The notes under the pieces were generated by a model. It was not told where the DNA came from. It searched no databases and was given only the letters and a program-made list of their open reading frames with translations. A DNA stretch of 52,888 nt from Gemmatimonadaceae bacterium. GTDB taxonomy: Bacteria; Gemmatimonadota; Gemmatimonadetes; Gemmatimonadales; Gemmatimonadaceae. Every line of letters begins with the position of its first letter. Position 1 is the stretch's first letter. Where the stretch lies: assembly GCA_036393555.1 (NCBI GenBank), contig DASWGU010000093.1, forward strand, positions 1-52,888, in the 5' to 3' direction. Positions 45,610 through 52,888 of this stretch are shown one piece after another. The translations under genes were made by a program, and so were the position numbers.

Positions 45610-46860
45610 TCAGTTGATCCTGACCTTGTTCACTGTGTCGTAGGTCCCCATATCAGAGATCACGACCTTGTCCCCGACCTGCAGTCCAGCGACGACCTCG
45701 ATCTGATTCACGGATGCCTTGCCGAACTTCACGTTGGTCCGCACAGCGGTCCTGCCGTCGGACTCGAGTTTGAAGAGACCCACGGTCTGGTCGGCCTGGC
45801 CGTTTGCCGGCCGCTGAACGTACAGCACGTCGGGCAGGCGGTCGACCTCGATCGTTCCGTCCACGCTGAGGTCCGAGCGGGCACCCGCAGGCATTTCGCC
45901 TTCGAGGGCCACCTCCACCTCCACCGACGCATTCTGCGAGATGGGATCGACCCGAATCACGCTCCCCTTGACGATGGCGGGATGCAGGTCCACGTCCACC
46001 TTCTGGCCAACGACGACGTCCTTGGCCTGCGATTCGGGCACGCGGAGGACGGCCTTGAAGCGTCCCGGCTGCGCAACCCGTGCCAGCTCGGTTCCCGAGT
46101 TGATCCACTGGCCGAGCTCGAGGTCCATTCGCTGCAACTGGCCGTCGATGCCGGCGGGAACGTTCAGCGCCCGAATGCGATCCTGACGGAAGCGAACGAT
46201 CGCTTCATTCCGGGCCACATTGTCCTCGGCGCCCTGTATCTGGTCCGCCATCGTCCCGACCATCAGGTCGAGCCGCTTCTTCTCGATGTCGACCTGCGTT
46301 CTCAACTGCGAGACGCGCTCGCGAGCTGTCTTGAGTTCGTTCTCGGATGCCAGCCCCTTCCTGGTGGAATCGAGCGCTTCGAAGGTGGCCTGTTCACGGA
46401 TGGCCACGGCGAGCTGGGATTGCAGCTGCGCGATATTGCTCTCCTGAGCGAGCTTGTTGCTCTCCAGGGTGGATCGCAGCGTGATCAGATTCTGCTGCGC
46501 GGCCGAGAGCTGCTGCTGTTCGTTGAGCAGCTGCATCTGCTCGTCGGGATTGCTCAGGACCAGGATCACGGTGTTCGCGTCGACCATTGCGCCCGGCCTC
46601 AGGGGCCGGTTCTCGACGCGTCCCGAGGTGACTGCGGCAACGTAGCGGATGTTTTCGGGCACCAACGTTCCCGGGGCGCGAACCTGGCGCACCAGTTCCC
46701 CGCGTCGAACGGAATCGATGATGACCTCGGCGCGAGATACCGACGGCGGCCTGGCCTCGAGCTTACTGAGTGCAACCGTGACCATCACGACGGCGACTGT
46801 GCCGACGGCGATCATCACGTTTCGCCTGGTCTTCTTGGGCGGTTCCCGCTTGATATCCAC
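45610..46860 (-). CDS. HlyD/MacA-type periplasmic adaptor (membrane fusion protein)
   Basis: N-terminal basic stretch + TM (KKTRRNVMIAVGTVAVVMVTVAL), a long coiled-coil (QQQLSAAQQNL...LQSQLAVA...RVSQLRTQVDIEKKRL) and beta-barrel/lipoyl-like ends. GTG 46860 has GAGGAA upstream. The track start at 46926 is TTG. Confidence 0.85.
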   Translation of the reverse strand: MDIKREPPKKTRRNVMIAVGTVAVVMVTVALSKLEARPPSVSRAEVIIDSVRRGELVRQVRAPGTLVPENIRYVAAVTSGRVENRPLRPGAMVDANTVILVLSNPDEQMQLLNEQQQLSAAQQNLITLRSTLESNKLAQESNIAQLQSQLAVAIREQATFEALDSTRKGLASENELKTARERVSQLRTQVDIEKKRLDLMVGTMADQIQGAEDNVARNEAIVRFRQDRIRALNVPAGIDGQLQRMDLELGQWINSGTELARVAQPGRFKAVLRVPESQAKDVVVGQKVDVDLHPAIVKGSVIRVDPISQNASVEVEVALEGEMPAGARSDLSVDGTIEVDRLPDVLYVQRPANGQADQTVGLFKLESDGRTAVRTNVKFGKASVNQIEVVAGLQVGDKVVISDMGTYDTVNKVRIN

Positions 46861-47289
46861 GCTGTTCGGTTCCTCTGCGGTCGTTGTTCGACACCCATTA
46901 CGGTCAGACCGTTGAAAAGGAGTCAACGGTTTCCGGCGTCATGGAGTTTCGCCTCCGGCCAGGGCCATTGGCAGAGGGCGAAACGCAAAGCGCTTGGAAG
47001 CAAGGACAGGAGGCGTCGAGGGGGGACGAGATTCCGCGGGAGACTCCAGCTCCGGGTCGCCCGTGACCTGTTTCTGGTCGCCGCGTCCGGCTGAACCGCC
47101 CCGGTTTGAGGCGGTCCGGGCCAGACGATGGGAGCGCCCTGGCAGTGCGATAAAACGCTCTAGGTGCCCTCCGCAGCAGGTGACGGGGCTGTGACGCCCT
47201 CATCCGATCATGTCGGTCCAATGGCGCCAGGAACGCGGCCGTCCGGCGAGTGAACCCTGCCGCCAAGAACATGATCGCCAGGGGGTTAG

Positions 47290-49008
47290 ATGAATGGACC
47301 TGCTCGCTCTCGGAGTCCGGTACCGGGTCGGACGGTGTTGTGTGCAGCACTGTGTTGGGTGGCAGCCGGGTGCTCTGTCAACGAGCCGACACAACCTCTC
47401 AAGTCCGGTCAAGGACCGGCCCCGGCCGTCGCCGGGAGTGACGTCTCGCAAGCTGGCGTGAAGCGGTGGAGCGACCTCGATGATGATTCCCTCTGGCAGC
47501 ACATCCGTGATGTCGGCGGAATCGTTGACGTGGGGCTTCGACAACCGGGCCGGCGCTCGGGCATGCAGCAGGGTCGGGTCCTCCTCTCGATCGCGGAGCG
47601 TGGCGCTGGCCGCTCAGCGGTCGACGCGCTGACGGGTGTCGATGTGCTCTCTGTGGATACGCTGCTTCCCATTCTCAAGCTGCGGCTTCGCGATCCCGAC
47701 GCGCTGGGCAAGTTGCGACGCCTTCCCCAGGTGGAGTACGTGGAACCCGGTGCGTTCAGCGCCGACCCTTCCCGGCGTGGTCTTGACTGGCTCGATGGAT
47801 CAGGCTGCAGCACGCACCTGTACGACGGCCCCTGGAACAACACCCAGGTCACGCCGGGCGACGTGCTTCCGTGGAACTACCGCCGCATGTGGATCGACTC
47901 GGCCTGGGCCTACTCCACGGGTCGCGGGATTACGGTCGGCCTTGTCGATACCGGCATCGATCAGGGCGTCAAGGAGCTGAACGAGAACTTCTCGTCGGGA
48001 TGGAGCGCCGGCCGGTACTTCGTGAAGGAAGCAACCAAACCGCACTTGGGCGCCTCGGCATTCTGGCATGACACCTGTGGCCACGGGACACGCATGGCCT
48101 CGGTGGTGGGTGCTCCCCGCAACGGATGGGGCATCATGGGCGTGGCGTACGGCGCCGACCTGTACGCCGTGCGCGTCGATGACGACGTGGTCCTCACCGA
48201 GGTGGAAGCCACTCGACTCGGAATCCGCCGCGCGGCCACCTTTGCCCGCATCGTGACGCTGGCCTTCGGCACCCCGTTCTCCTACTCGTCCATCTCCCAG
48301 GAACTGTCCTACTGGTACTACAACAGCGACCGCGTGATTTTCGCCGCCGCTGGCACCAGCCCGTGCTGGGAGCCCATCAAGTCGGTCACTTTTCCCGGCA
48401 ACCTGAGCACGGTGATCACCGTGACGGCGTTCGACGGAACCGGCAGCATCGCGTGCAACGCGCACCGCGGTTACGAGGTGGACTTCGCGGCCTATACCGA
48501 CCAACCCGCCCAGGGACTGGATTTGTTCGGACGAGAGCTTGCGGGTCTGTCCGGATCGTCAGGTGCGACCGCGGTGCTGGCCGGCGTGACGGCCCTCTAC
48601 GTGTCCCGGAATCCAACCGCCACCCGGAGCCAGGTGCTCTCCAAGCTGATCGCTGCCGCTTCGCCAACCGGGGGACGATCGCCCATCTGGGGGTTCGGCA
48701 TTCCCAACGTGATGTGCCTGATGGGTGAGATGTGTACAGCGTGGATCGAGGGGCCGACGCTGATCCAGACCAGTGGCCTGTACACCTGGCGCGCGTATCA
48801 GAGCGGCAGCCCGGGTCCGATCGCATACCAGTGGAGCAGTGGCGAGACGACACAGTCGATCACGCGCTACGTGTCCGTCTGGCCCGGCATGCAGGAATAT
48901 CTCTTCACACTCAACGTGACCGTGCGCGATACACGCAACGGACGTACCCGAATCGACGCCAAGCCAGTCGTCGTTCGCGATCCCTACGATTGTCCAACCT
49001 GCTTCTGA
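47290..49008 (+). CDS. S8 (subtilisin-like) serine protease lipoprotein with C-terminal beta-domain
   Basis: AGGGGG SD, ATG 47290, lipobox VAAGC. Catalytic contexts VGLVDTGID, CGHGTRMASVV and LSGSSGATAVLAG. About 100-aa extra C-terminal domain ending in CPTCF. Confidence 0.85.
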   Translation: MNGPARSRSPVPGRTVLCAALCWVAAGCSVNEPTQPLKSGQGPAPAVAGSDVSQAGVKRWSDLDDDSLWQHIRDVGGIVDVGLRQPGRRSGMQQGRVLLSIAERGAGRSAVDALTGVDVLSVDTLLPILKLRLRDPDALGKLRRLPQVEYVEPGAFSADPSRRGLDWLDGSGCSTHLYDGPWNNTQVTPGDVLPWNYRRMWIDSAWAYSTGRGITVGLVDTGIDQGVKELNENFSSGWSAGRYFVKEATKPHLGASAFWHDTCGHGTRMASVVGAPRNGWGIMGVAYGADLYAVRVDDDVVLTEVEATRLGIRRAATFARIVTLAFGTPFSYSSISQELSYWYYNSDRVIFAAAGTSPCWEPIKSVTFPGNLSTVITVTAFDGTGSIACNAHRGYEVDFAAYTDQPAQGLDLFGRELAGLSGSSGATAVLAGVTALYVSRNPTATRSQVLSKLIAAASPTGGRSPIWGFGIPNVMCLMGEMCTAWIEGPTLIQTSGLYTWRAYQSGSPGPIAYQWSSGETTQSITRYVSVWPGMQEYLFTLNVTVRDTRNGRTRIDAKPVVVRDPYDCPTCF

Positions 49009-49010
49009 CC

Positions 49011-49403
49011 ATGTCCAGCTATCGCGTTCCTCTGATCGTCCTCAGCCTTCAGGTTCTCGCAGCATCGGCTGGCGCAGCACAGCAACTGCGTGAAGCCCCC
49101 GACTCCGCCGGTGTGGGGCGGGCTGAGGTGTCGTTGCCGCGGCCCAACCGGGCAGGCGTGCCGGACAAACCGGCATGTGTCGTCCCGTTGTGTGAGCGTG
49201 CCGGACCGGTGCCGGCCCAGGACAGCACCAGCGTCAGACGGGGCAACTACGCCTGGTGGGGCCTGGCGATTGGCGTCGGGGCGGGCTGGTTCATCTCCAA
49301 TCAGGCGTGCCGAAGGGAGGAGTGCTTCGGGACCGGATTCGGACTGATGATGGTAGCCGGCGGCGCCCTGGGGCTGATCGTCGGGCTGCTGGTGTCAGGG
49401 TAG
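49011..49403 (+). CDS. Small secreted/membrane-anchored hypothetical protein with glycine-zipper C-terminus
   Basis: ATG 49011 lies 2 nt after the S8 stop. Signal sequence LIVLSLQVLAASAGAAQ. C-terminal WWGLAIGVGAGWF and GFGLMMVAGGALGLIVGLLVSG. Confidence 0.5.
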   Translation: MSSYRVPLIVLSLQVLAASAGAAQQLREAPDSAGVGRAEVSLPRPNRAGVPDKPACVVPLCERAGPVPAQDSTSVRRGNYAWWGLAIGVGAGWFISNQACRREECFGTGFGLMMVAGGALGLIVGLLVSG

Positions 49404-49418
49404 CGGATAAGGGATAGC

Positions 49419-49460
49419 GGGTAAGGGGTACGGGGCAAGGTCACCCGTTACCCCTTACCC
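49419..49460. terminator. Bidirectional terminator-like hairpin between convergent genes (12-bp perfect stem gggtaaggggta / taccccttaccc)
   Basis: The arms are at 49419-49430 and 49449-49460, extendable by about 4 bp with one bulge. The right arm includes the TAA stop (49455-49457) of the DUF1080 gene. Confidence 0.6.
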
Positions 49461-50171
49461 GATTTCCCTGATTCTGATGTTCCGGAACTCGATGCGGCCG
49501 CCGTGCTCCTGGAGGCCGATGTGGCCGCGCATCGCTTTGGCGTAGGCGGGCCACGCGGCGAACTTCGATTTGGCCACCAACTCCAGCCACCCGGCGCTGC
49601 CCAGCTCGTAGTCGGCGGTCTTTTTCCCGTTGAGCCAGTGCTCCACGTGCGCCCCGTGGGCAACGATGCGCGCGGTGTTCCACTCGCCGGCCGGCTTCAC
49701 GATGCCGCGCTCGACCGGGTACAGTCCATAGGCGGCACCCGCGGACGTACGGGGGTCGCGGCCGTCACGGTGATTGGGATCGTCGAGCACCTGGTATTCC
49801 GGCGCGCCGTGGTAGATCCACTCCAGGCCCTCGACGGCGCGATAGAAGATGCCGCTGTTCCCACCCCGTTCGACCTTCCAGTCCAGGACGAGCTCGAAGT
49901 CGCCGAACTGGTCCTTCGTGATGATGTCGGCTGCACGGGACAGGCGGGTCAGCACGCCGTCAACAACCTGCCATCCCGAGGGCATGGTATCTGCGCCGTA
50001 GGCGCGCCAGCCGTTGGTCGTCTTCCCGTCGAACAGGAGGCGCCAGCCATCGGCTTTCTCCCGTTCGGTCAGCACATTATGAATCCCGGGCATCTGCGCA
50101 CCTGCCAGCGACGCGGCGAGGATGATGGCGGCAATGGCCGGGGTCGCCCATCTGGAACATCTATGGACCAT
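49455..50171 (-). CDS. DUF1080 (3-keto-disaccharide hydrolase-like) secreted protein
   Basis: Signal AIAAIILAASLAGAQ. GWRLLFDGKTTNGWR...W.V.DGVL......DIITKDQFGDFEL..DWK...GNSGIFYR...EYQVLD...IGLQEHGGRIEFRNIRI is the DUF1080 signature. Confidence 0.85.
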   Translation of the reverse strand: MVHRCSRWATPAIAAIILAASLAGAQMPGIHNVLTEREKADGWRLLFDGKTTNGWRAYGADTMPSGWQVVDGVLTRLSRAADIITKDQFGDFELVLDWKVERGGNSGIFYRAVEGLEWIYHGAPEYQVLDDPNHRDGRDPRTSAGAAYGLYPVERGIVKPAGEWNTARIVAHGAHVEHWLNGKKTADYELGSAGWLELVAKSKFAAWPAYAKAMRGHIGLQEHGGRIEFRNIRIREIG

Positions 50172-50187
50172 TCGATCTCCCGGCGCC

Positions 50188-51747
50188 TCAGAGCGCCCAG
50201 CCGCTGCGATACTCGCGCGTCAGGTATTGGTTGGCGTCGGGGACGTTGGTCACCGACATGTTGGCGCCGTCGTATTCGATGCGCTTGTTCTGCCCTGCGC
50301 GCAGCGCCACGATGCCCAGCAGCATGACTTCGGTGAGCGGTGCGGCATAGTCGAACGGGCAGGAGGCTTGCACCTCGCCCTTGCAGGCCTGCGCCCAGTT
50401 CACCTCGTGGCCCGTTTCCACACGCGGGAACGACTTCGGCACGGCCTCGGCCTCAGCGGCGAGGGCAGCCGGGAAGATCTTCGGGTCGTCGCCGTAGGTC
50501 TGGTGGGTCAGATACCCCTTCTCCCCCACGAAGACGGCGCCACCGCCGTCGCCGCCCGGGCGCGGGACATCGGCCAGCACCATGGGTGACAATCCGCCGT
50601 CGTACCAGTGCATCGTCACCGGCGGCATGCTCCCTCGCGCGGCGAACTCGTACTTCGTGGCCATCGCCAGGGGATACGACGCCGGGTTGTTGGCCGGGCC
50701 ACCCCACGGTGTGGAGTAGGAGATGACGCTGGTCGGCAGCGTCAGGCCTAACGACCAGTACGCCTGATCGATGAGGTGCGCGCCCATGTCGCCGATGGCG
50801 CTGACGCCGAAGGGTACCCAGCCCCGCCAGCTGAAGGGGTGATACGCCGGGTGATAGGGGAGGTCCTGCGCGGCGGGGCCCAGGAACAGGTCCCATTTGA
50901 GGCGATCGGGGAGGGTCCGCGGGTTTTCCGCCATCGCGGCAAGAATGGCTCGTTCCACCGTGCGTATGTTCCAGCTCGGCGGGGCTGGCGGCAGCGCCGG
51001 CTGACCGGTCGGCGCCTGGGGACGGGATGGCGCGCCGCCCGCCGGTTGGGTCCCCGGGATCTGAGTGGGTCCCGGAATGCCCTGGGCCCAGTACCGCTGC
51101 GGCCGGTCCGTCCAGATGTGCACCTCGCGCACCGGGCCGATGACGCCCGCCTTGATCCAGTCATTGATCCGGCGGGTGCCCTCGCGCGAATGGCCCTGGT
51201 TCCCCATCTGGGTTGCCACTTTCGTCTCTGCGGCGACGCGCGCGAGCAGACGAGCCTCGTACACCGAGTACGTGAGCGGCTTCTGCACGTAGACGTGCTT
51301 GCCCGCACGCATGGCCGCGACGGCCACCGGCGCGTGCAGGTGATCCGGCGTGGCAATGATCACCGCGTCGATGTCGCGTTGCCGCTCGAGCATCTCGCGG
51401 AAGTCGGTGTACCTGGCGGCCTTCGTGTAGGCCTCGTTGAGCCGTATGGAGTTCTGGGAGACGACCCCCTCCCGATTGGGGCGGAGACGGCCGGCGAGCT
51501 GGCGCTCGCAGTACGCCGGATCGATGTCGCACACGGCGACGAGATTCTCGCCCGCCTGGAGCAGCTCCGATACGTTGTTCATGCCCATGCCGCCGAATCC
51601 GACGACCGCGAAGTTGAGCGTGTCGCTGGGAGCCCGGCGGAAGGGTGTGGCACCGATGACATGACGCGGGATGATCATGGCGCCCAACGCGAGCCTTGCG
51701 CTGTCGGTCACGAAGTCCCGTCGGGAGCGGTCGCTTGGCTTTGTCAT
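50188..51747 (-). CDS. Gfo/Idh/MocA-family oxidoreductase with twin-arginine (Tat) signal
   Basis: ATG 51747. MTKPSDRSRRDFVTDSARLALGA is Tat-like. Rossmann segment FAVVGFGGMGMNN...AVCDID...IATPDHLHA...KHVYVQKPL. Pro-rich insert GIPGPTQIPGTQPAGGAPSRPQAPTGQPALPPAPPSW. Confidence 0.85.
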   Translation of the reverse strand: MTKPSDRSRRDFVTDSARLALGAMIIPRHVIGATPFRRAPSDTLNFAVVGFGGMGMNNVSELLQAGENLVAVCDIDPAYCERQLAGRLRPNREGVVSQNSIRLNEAYTKAARYTDFREMLERQRDIDAVIIATPDHLHAPVAVAAMRAGKHVYVQKPLTYSVYEARLLARVAAETKVATQMGNQGHSREGTRRINDWIKAGVIGPVREVHIWTDRPQRYWAQGIPGPTQIPGTQPAGGAPSRPQAPTGQPALPPAPPSWNIRTVERAILAAMAENPRTLPDRLKWDLFLGPAAQDLPYHPAYHPFSWRGWVPFGVSAIGDMGAHLIDQAYWSLGLTLPTSVISYSTPWGGPANNPASYPLAMATKYEFAARGSMPPVTMHWYDGGLSPMVLADVPRPGGDGGGAVFVGEKGYLTHQTYGDDPKIFPAALAAEAEAVPKSFPRVETGHEVNWAQACKGEVQASCPFDYAAPLTEVMLLGIVALRAGQNKRIEYDGANMSVTNVPDANQYLTREYRSGWAL

Positions 51748-51978
51748 CGCTGGTAGCTGGTAGCTGGATACGGAACTGGCTGCGGGGCGGGGTACTGGTG
51801 AAGAGGCCTGGCTGTCCGATACTACAACTTCGTGCCGCTGACGCCCTGGCGCGAGGGTCTGTCGGGCTCGGCCATGGACCACCTGCCTGTCGGCCCTCGC
51901 TTCAACGAACGGCTTCCCTTACCAACCGGCTCGTCGCAGCTTTGGAGCCAGGCGAAAATCGGGCCATGGGGAGGGAGC

Positions 51979-52888
51979 ATGTCGTGTCGCGTGACGTGCA
52001 GGCTGCTGCCCACGGCGGTGTTTCCGTTCCTGGCGCCCATGGCGCAGCCCTGGGCGCAACAGGTTCGCGACAGCGCCGGCGTGCAGATTGTGGACAACAC
52101 GAGGCCGCTCCTCTCGGCGGCGCAGACCTGGCGAGTGGATCCCGACCCGATGATCAGCATCGGCGGCATTTCGCCTGATGGGGACTCGCTCTTCGAGTTC
52201 GCATTGATCATGGGGGTGTCCCGCCTCAGTGACGGACGCTTCGCCGTTGGTGTCCAGGGGTCGCACGCGGTGCGCTTCTATGATGCCCGCGGGAGTTTCG
52301 TAGGCTCTGCGGGCCGAAAAGGGGAGGGCCCGGGCGAGTTTCAGCAGATCATGGGGACGCGGGTGATACGCGGTGACACGATCTTCGTGTCGGACCAGGG
52401 TCAGGTCGAGTACTTCACCGCCGACGGCAGGTTTGCCCGGCAGGGCGCCAGCCGGGCCCGCGGGCCGGGGTTCGTGTGGCCCGCTGTTCCGCTCCACGAC
52501 GGGTCGTATCTCGGCGTTCACTACGGGCCGCCCAGCGGGACACCTCCTCCCGCGGGGCGATCCCGGTACCAGAGGACGGTCGTCAGGGTCTCCCGCGACG
52601 GACAGCAGGTGGACACAGTCGGCAGCCTGGCATCTGAGGAGCAGATCTTCGACGGGCGCCAGGCGTTTGGTACACAGATCGTCTTTTCCCGCGGCGGGGT
52701 GCTGGCTGGTGATGAGGAGCGGCTGTTCCTCGGCGACGGCGCCCGCTCGGAGATTCTCGAATACACGATCACCGGAGCGCCGACTCGCGTCGTGCGTCTG
52801 CCGCGAAGCCCCAGGCGGGTCACGAACGAGGCCCGCAACGCGTACCGCGAGTACGTCCGTACCAGCCCCGGAGAGGATGGCCGACCCA
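51979..52888 (+). CDS. NHL-type '6-bladed beta-propeller' protein, secreted (3' end beyond window)
   Basis: Own translation from ATG 51979 (GGGGAGGGAG just upstream): MSCRVTCRLLPTAVFPFLAPMAQPWAQQVRDSAGVQIVDN...AVRFYDARGSFVGSAGRKGEGPGEFQQIMG...IFVSDQGQVEYFTADGRF. The G.GPGEF blade motif is present. The frame is open for 303 codons to the window edge and is not in the ORF track because no stop occurs. Confidence 0.6.
   Translation, partial: MSCRVTCRLLPTAVFPFLAPMAQPWAQQVRDSAGVQIVDNTRPLLSAAQTWRVDPDPMISIGGISPDGDSLFEFALIMGVSRLSDGRFAVGVQGSHAVRFYDARGSFVGSAGRKGEGPGEFQQIMGTRVIRGDTIFVSDQGQVEYFTADGRFARQGASRARGPGFVWPAVPLHDGSYLGVHYGPPSGTPPPAGRSRYQRTVVRVSRDGQQVDTVGSLASEEQIFDGRQAFGTQIVFSRGGVLAGDEERLFLGDGARSEILEYTITGAPTRVVRLPRSPRRVTNEARNAYREYVRTSPGEDGRP

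Noticed and set aside
38408-47094. Other long antisense or alternate-frame ORFs (38408..39946 minus, 40795..42096 plus, 40444..41214 minus, 45535..47094 plus).
   Set aside because: They overlap the M28 peptidase, hrpB, fpg and adaptor genes, which have clear catalytic or structural motifs. They have no independent support.
1-52888. Search for tRNA, rRNA, tmRNA, riboswitch-like leaders and defence-system genes (restriction-modification, toxin-antitoxin, Cas, abortive infection).
   Set aside because: None was recognised by eye in any intergenic region or ORF. This is a visual scan only, so tRNAscan-SE, Infernal and DefenseFinder would be needed for certainty.

Overview
This is a high-GC, gene-dense bacterial chromosomal window (roughly two-thirds G+C by eye, not computed). 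I call about 47 protein-coding genes, most on the minus strand. I found no rRNA, tRNA, CRISPR array, transposase, integrase or phage gene. Many first residues in the ORF track are GTG or TTG codons shown as M, and many track ORFs carry spurious 5' extensions. I therefore trimmed starts using ATGA/GTGA overlaps, Shine-Dalgarno (SD) motifs and family N-termini.

Content, left to right:
- 1-5.7 kb: an ABC exporter fragment, an NTP_transf_5-like nucleotidyltransferase, two GT2 glycosyltransferases and a sulfotransferase-like/GT1 fusion.
- 5.9-8.4 kb: two tandem paralogous ATP-grasp ligases.
- 8.5-18 kb: a translationally coupled alpha-glucan operon, glgP-glgA plus three different GH57 enzymes.
- 18-52.9 kb: actP with its DUF485 partner, two M28 peptidases and a secreted Vgb-like propeller. 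Next come a PEBP protein, an AlaX-type editing protein operon and an AP2-like small basic protein. Further on are a nitrilase, PepF, NamZ-like/MtgA, an ABC1 kinase, Fpg/Nei and HrpB. The window ends with a HlyD-type adaptor plus two stand-alone ABC ATPases, an S8 lipoprotein protease, a DUF1080 + Tat-signal Gfo/Idh/MocA pair and a partial NHL-type beta-propeller.

The gene repertoire is reminiscent of Gemmatimonadota or Acidobacteriota, but this is a low-confidence guess.

Observations most worth follow-up:
- An 11-gene co-directional array welds the all-GH57 glucan operon to two uncharacterised ATP-grasp ligases and glycosyltransferases. A 20-codon ORF with strong codon periodicity sits in the only sizeable gap.
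- A structured intergenic repeat family of about 200 bp has three copies in the window.
- A dense cluster of GCCTGACG motifs lies upstream of the AP2-like gene.
- An efflux adaptor and two ABC ATPases have no permease gene.

All functional calls come from reading the translated sequences and remembered family motifs. No database search was run.
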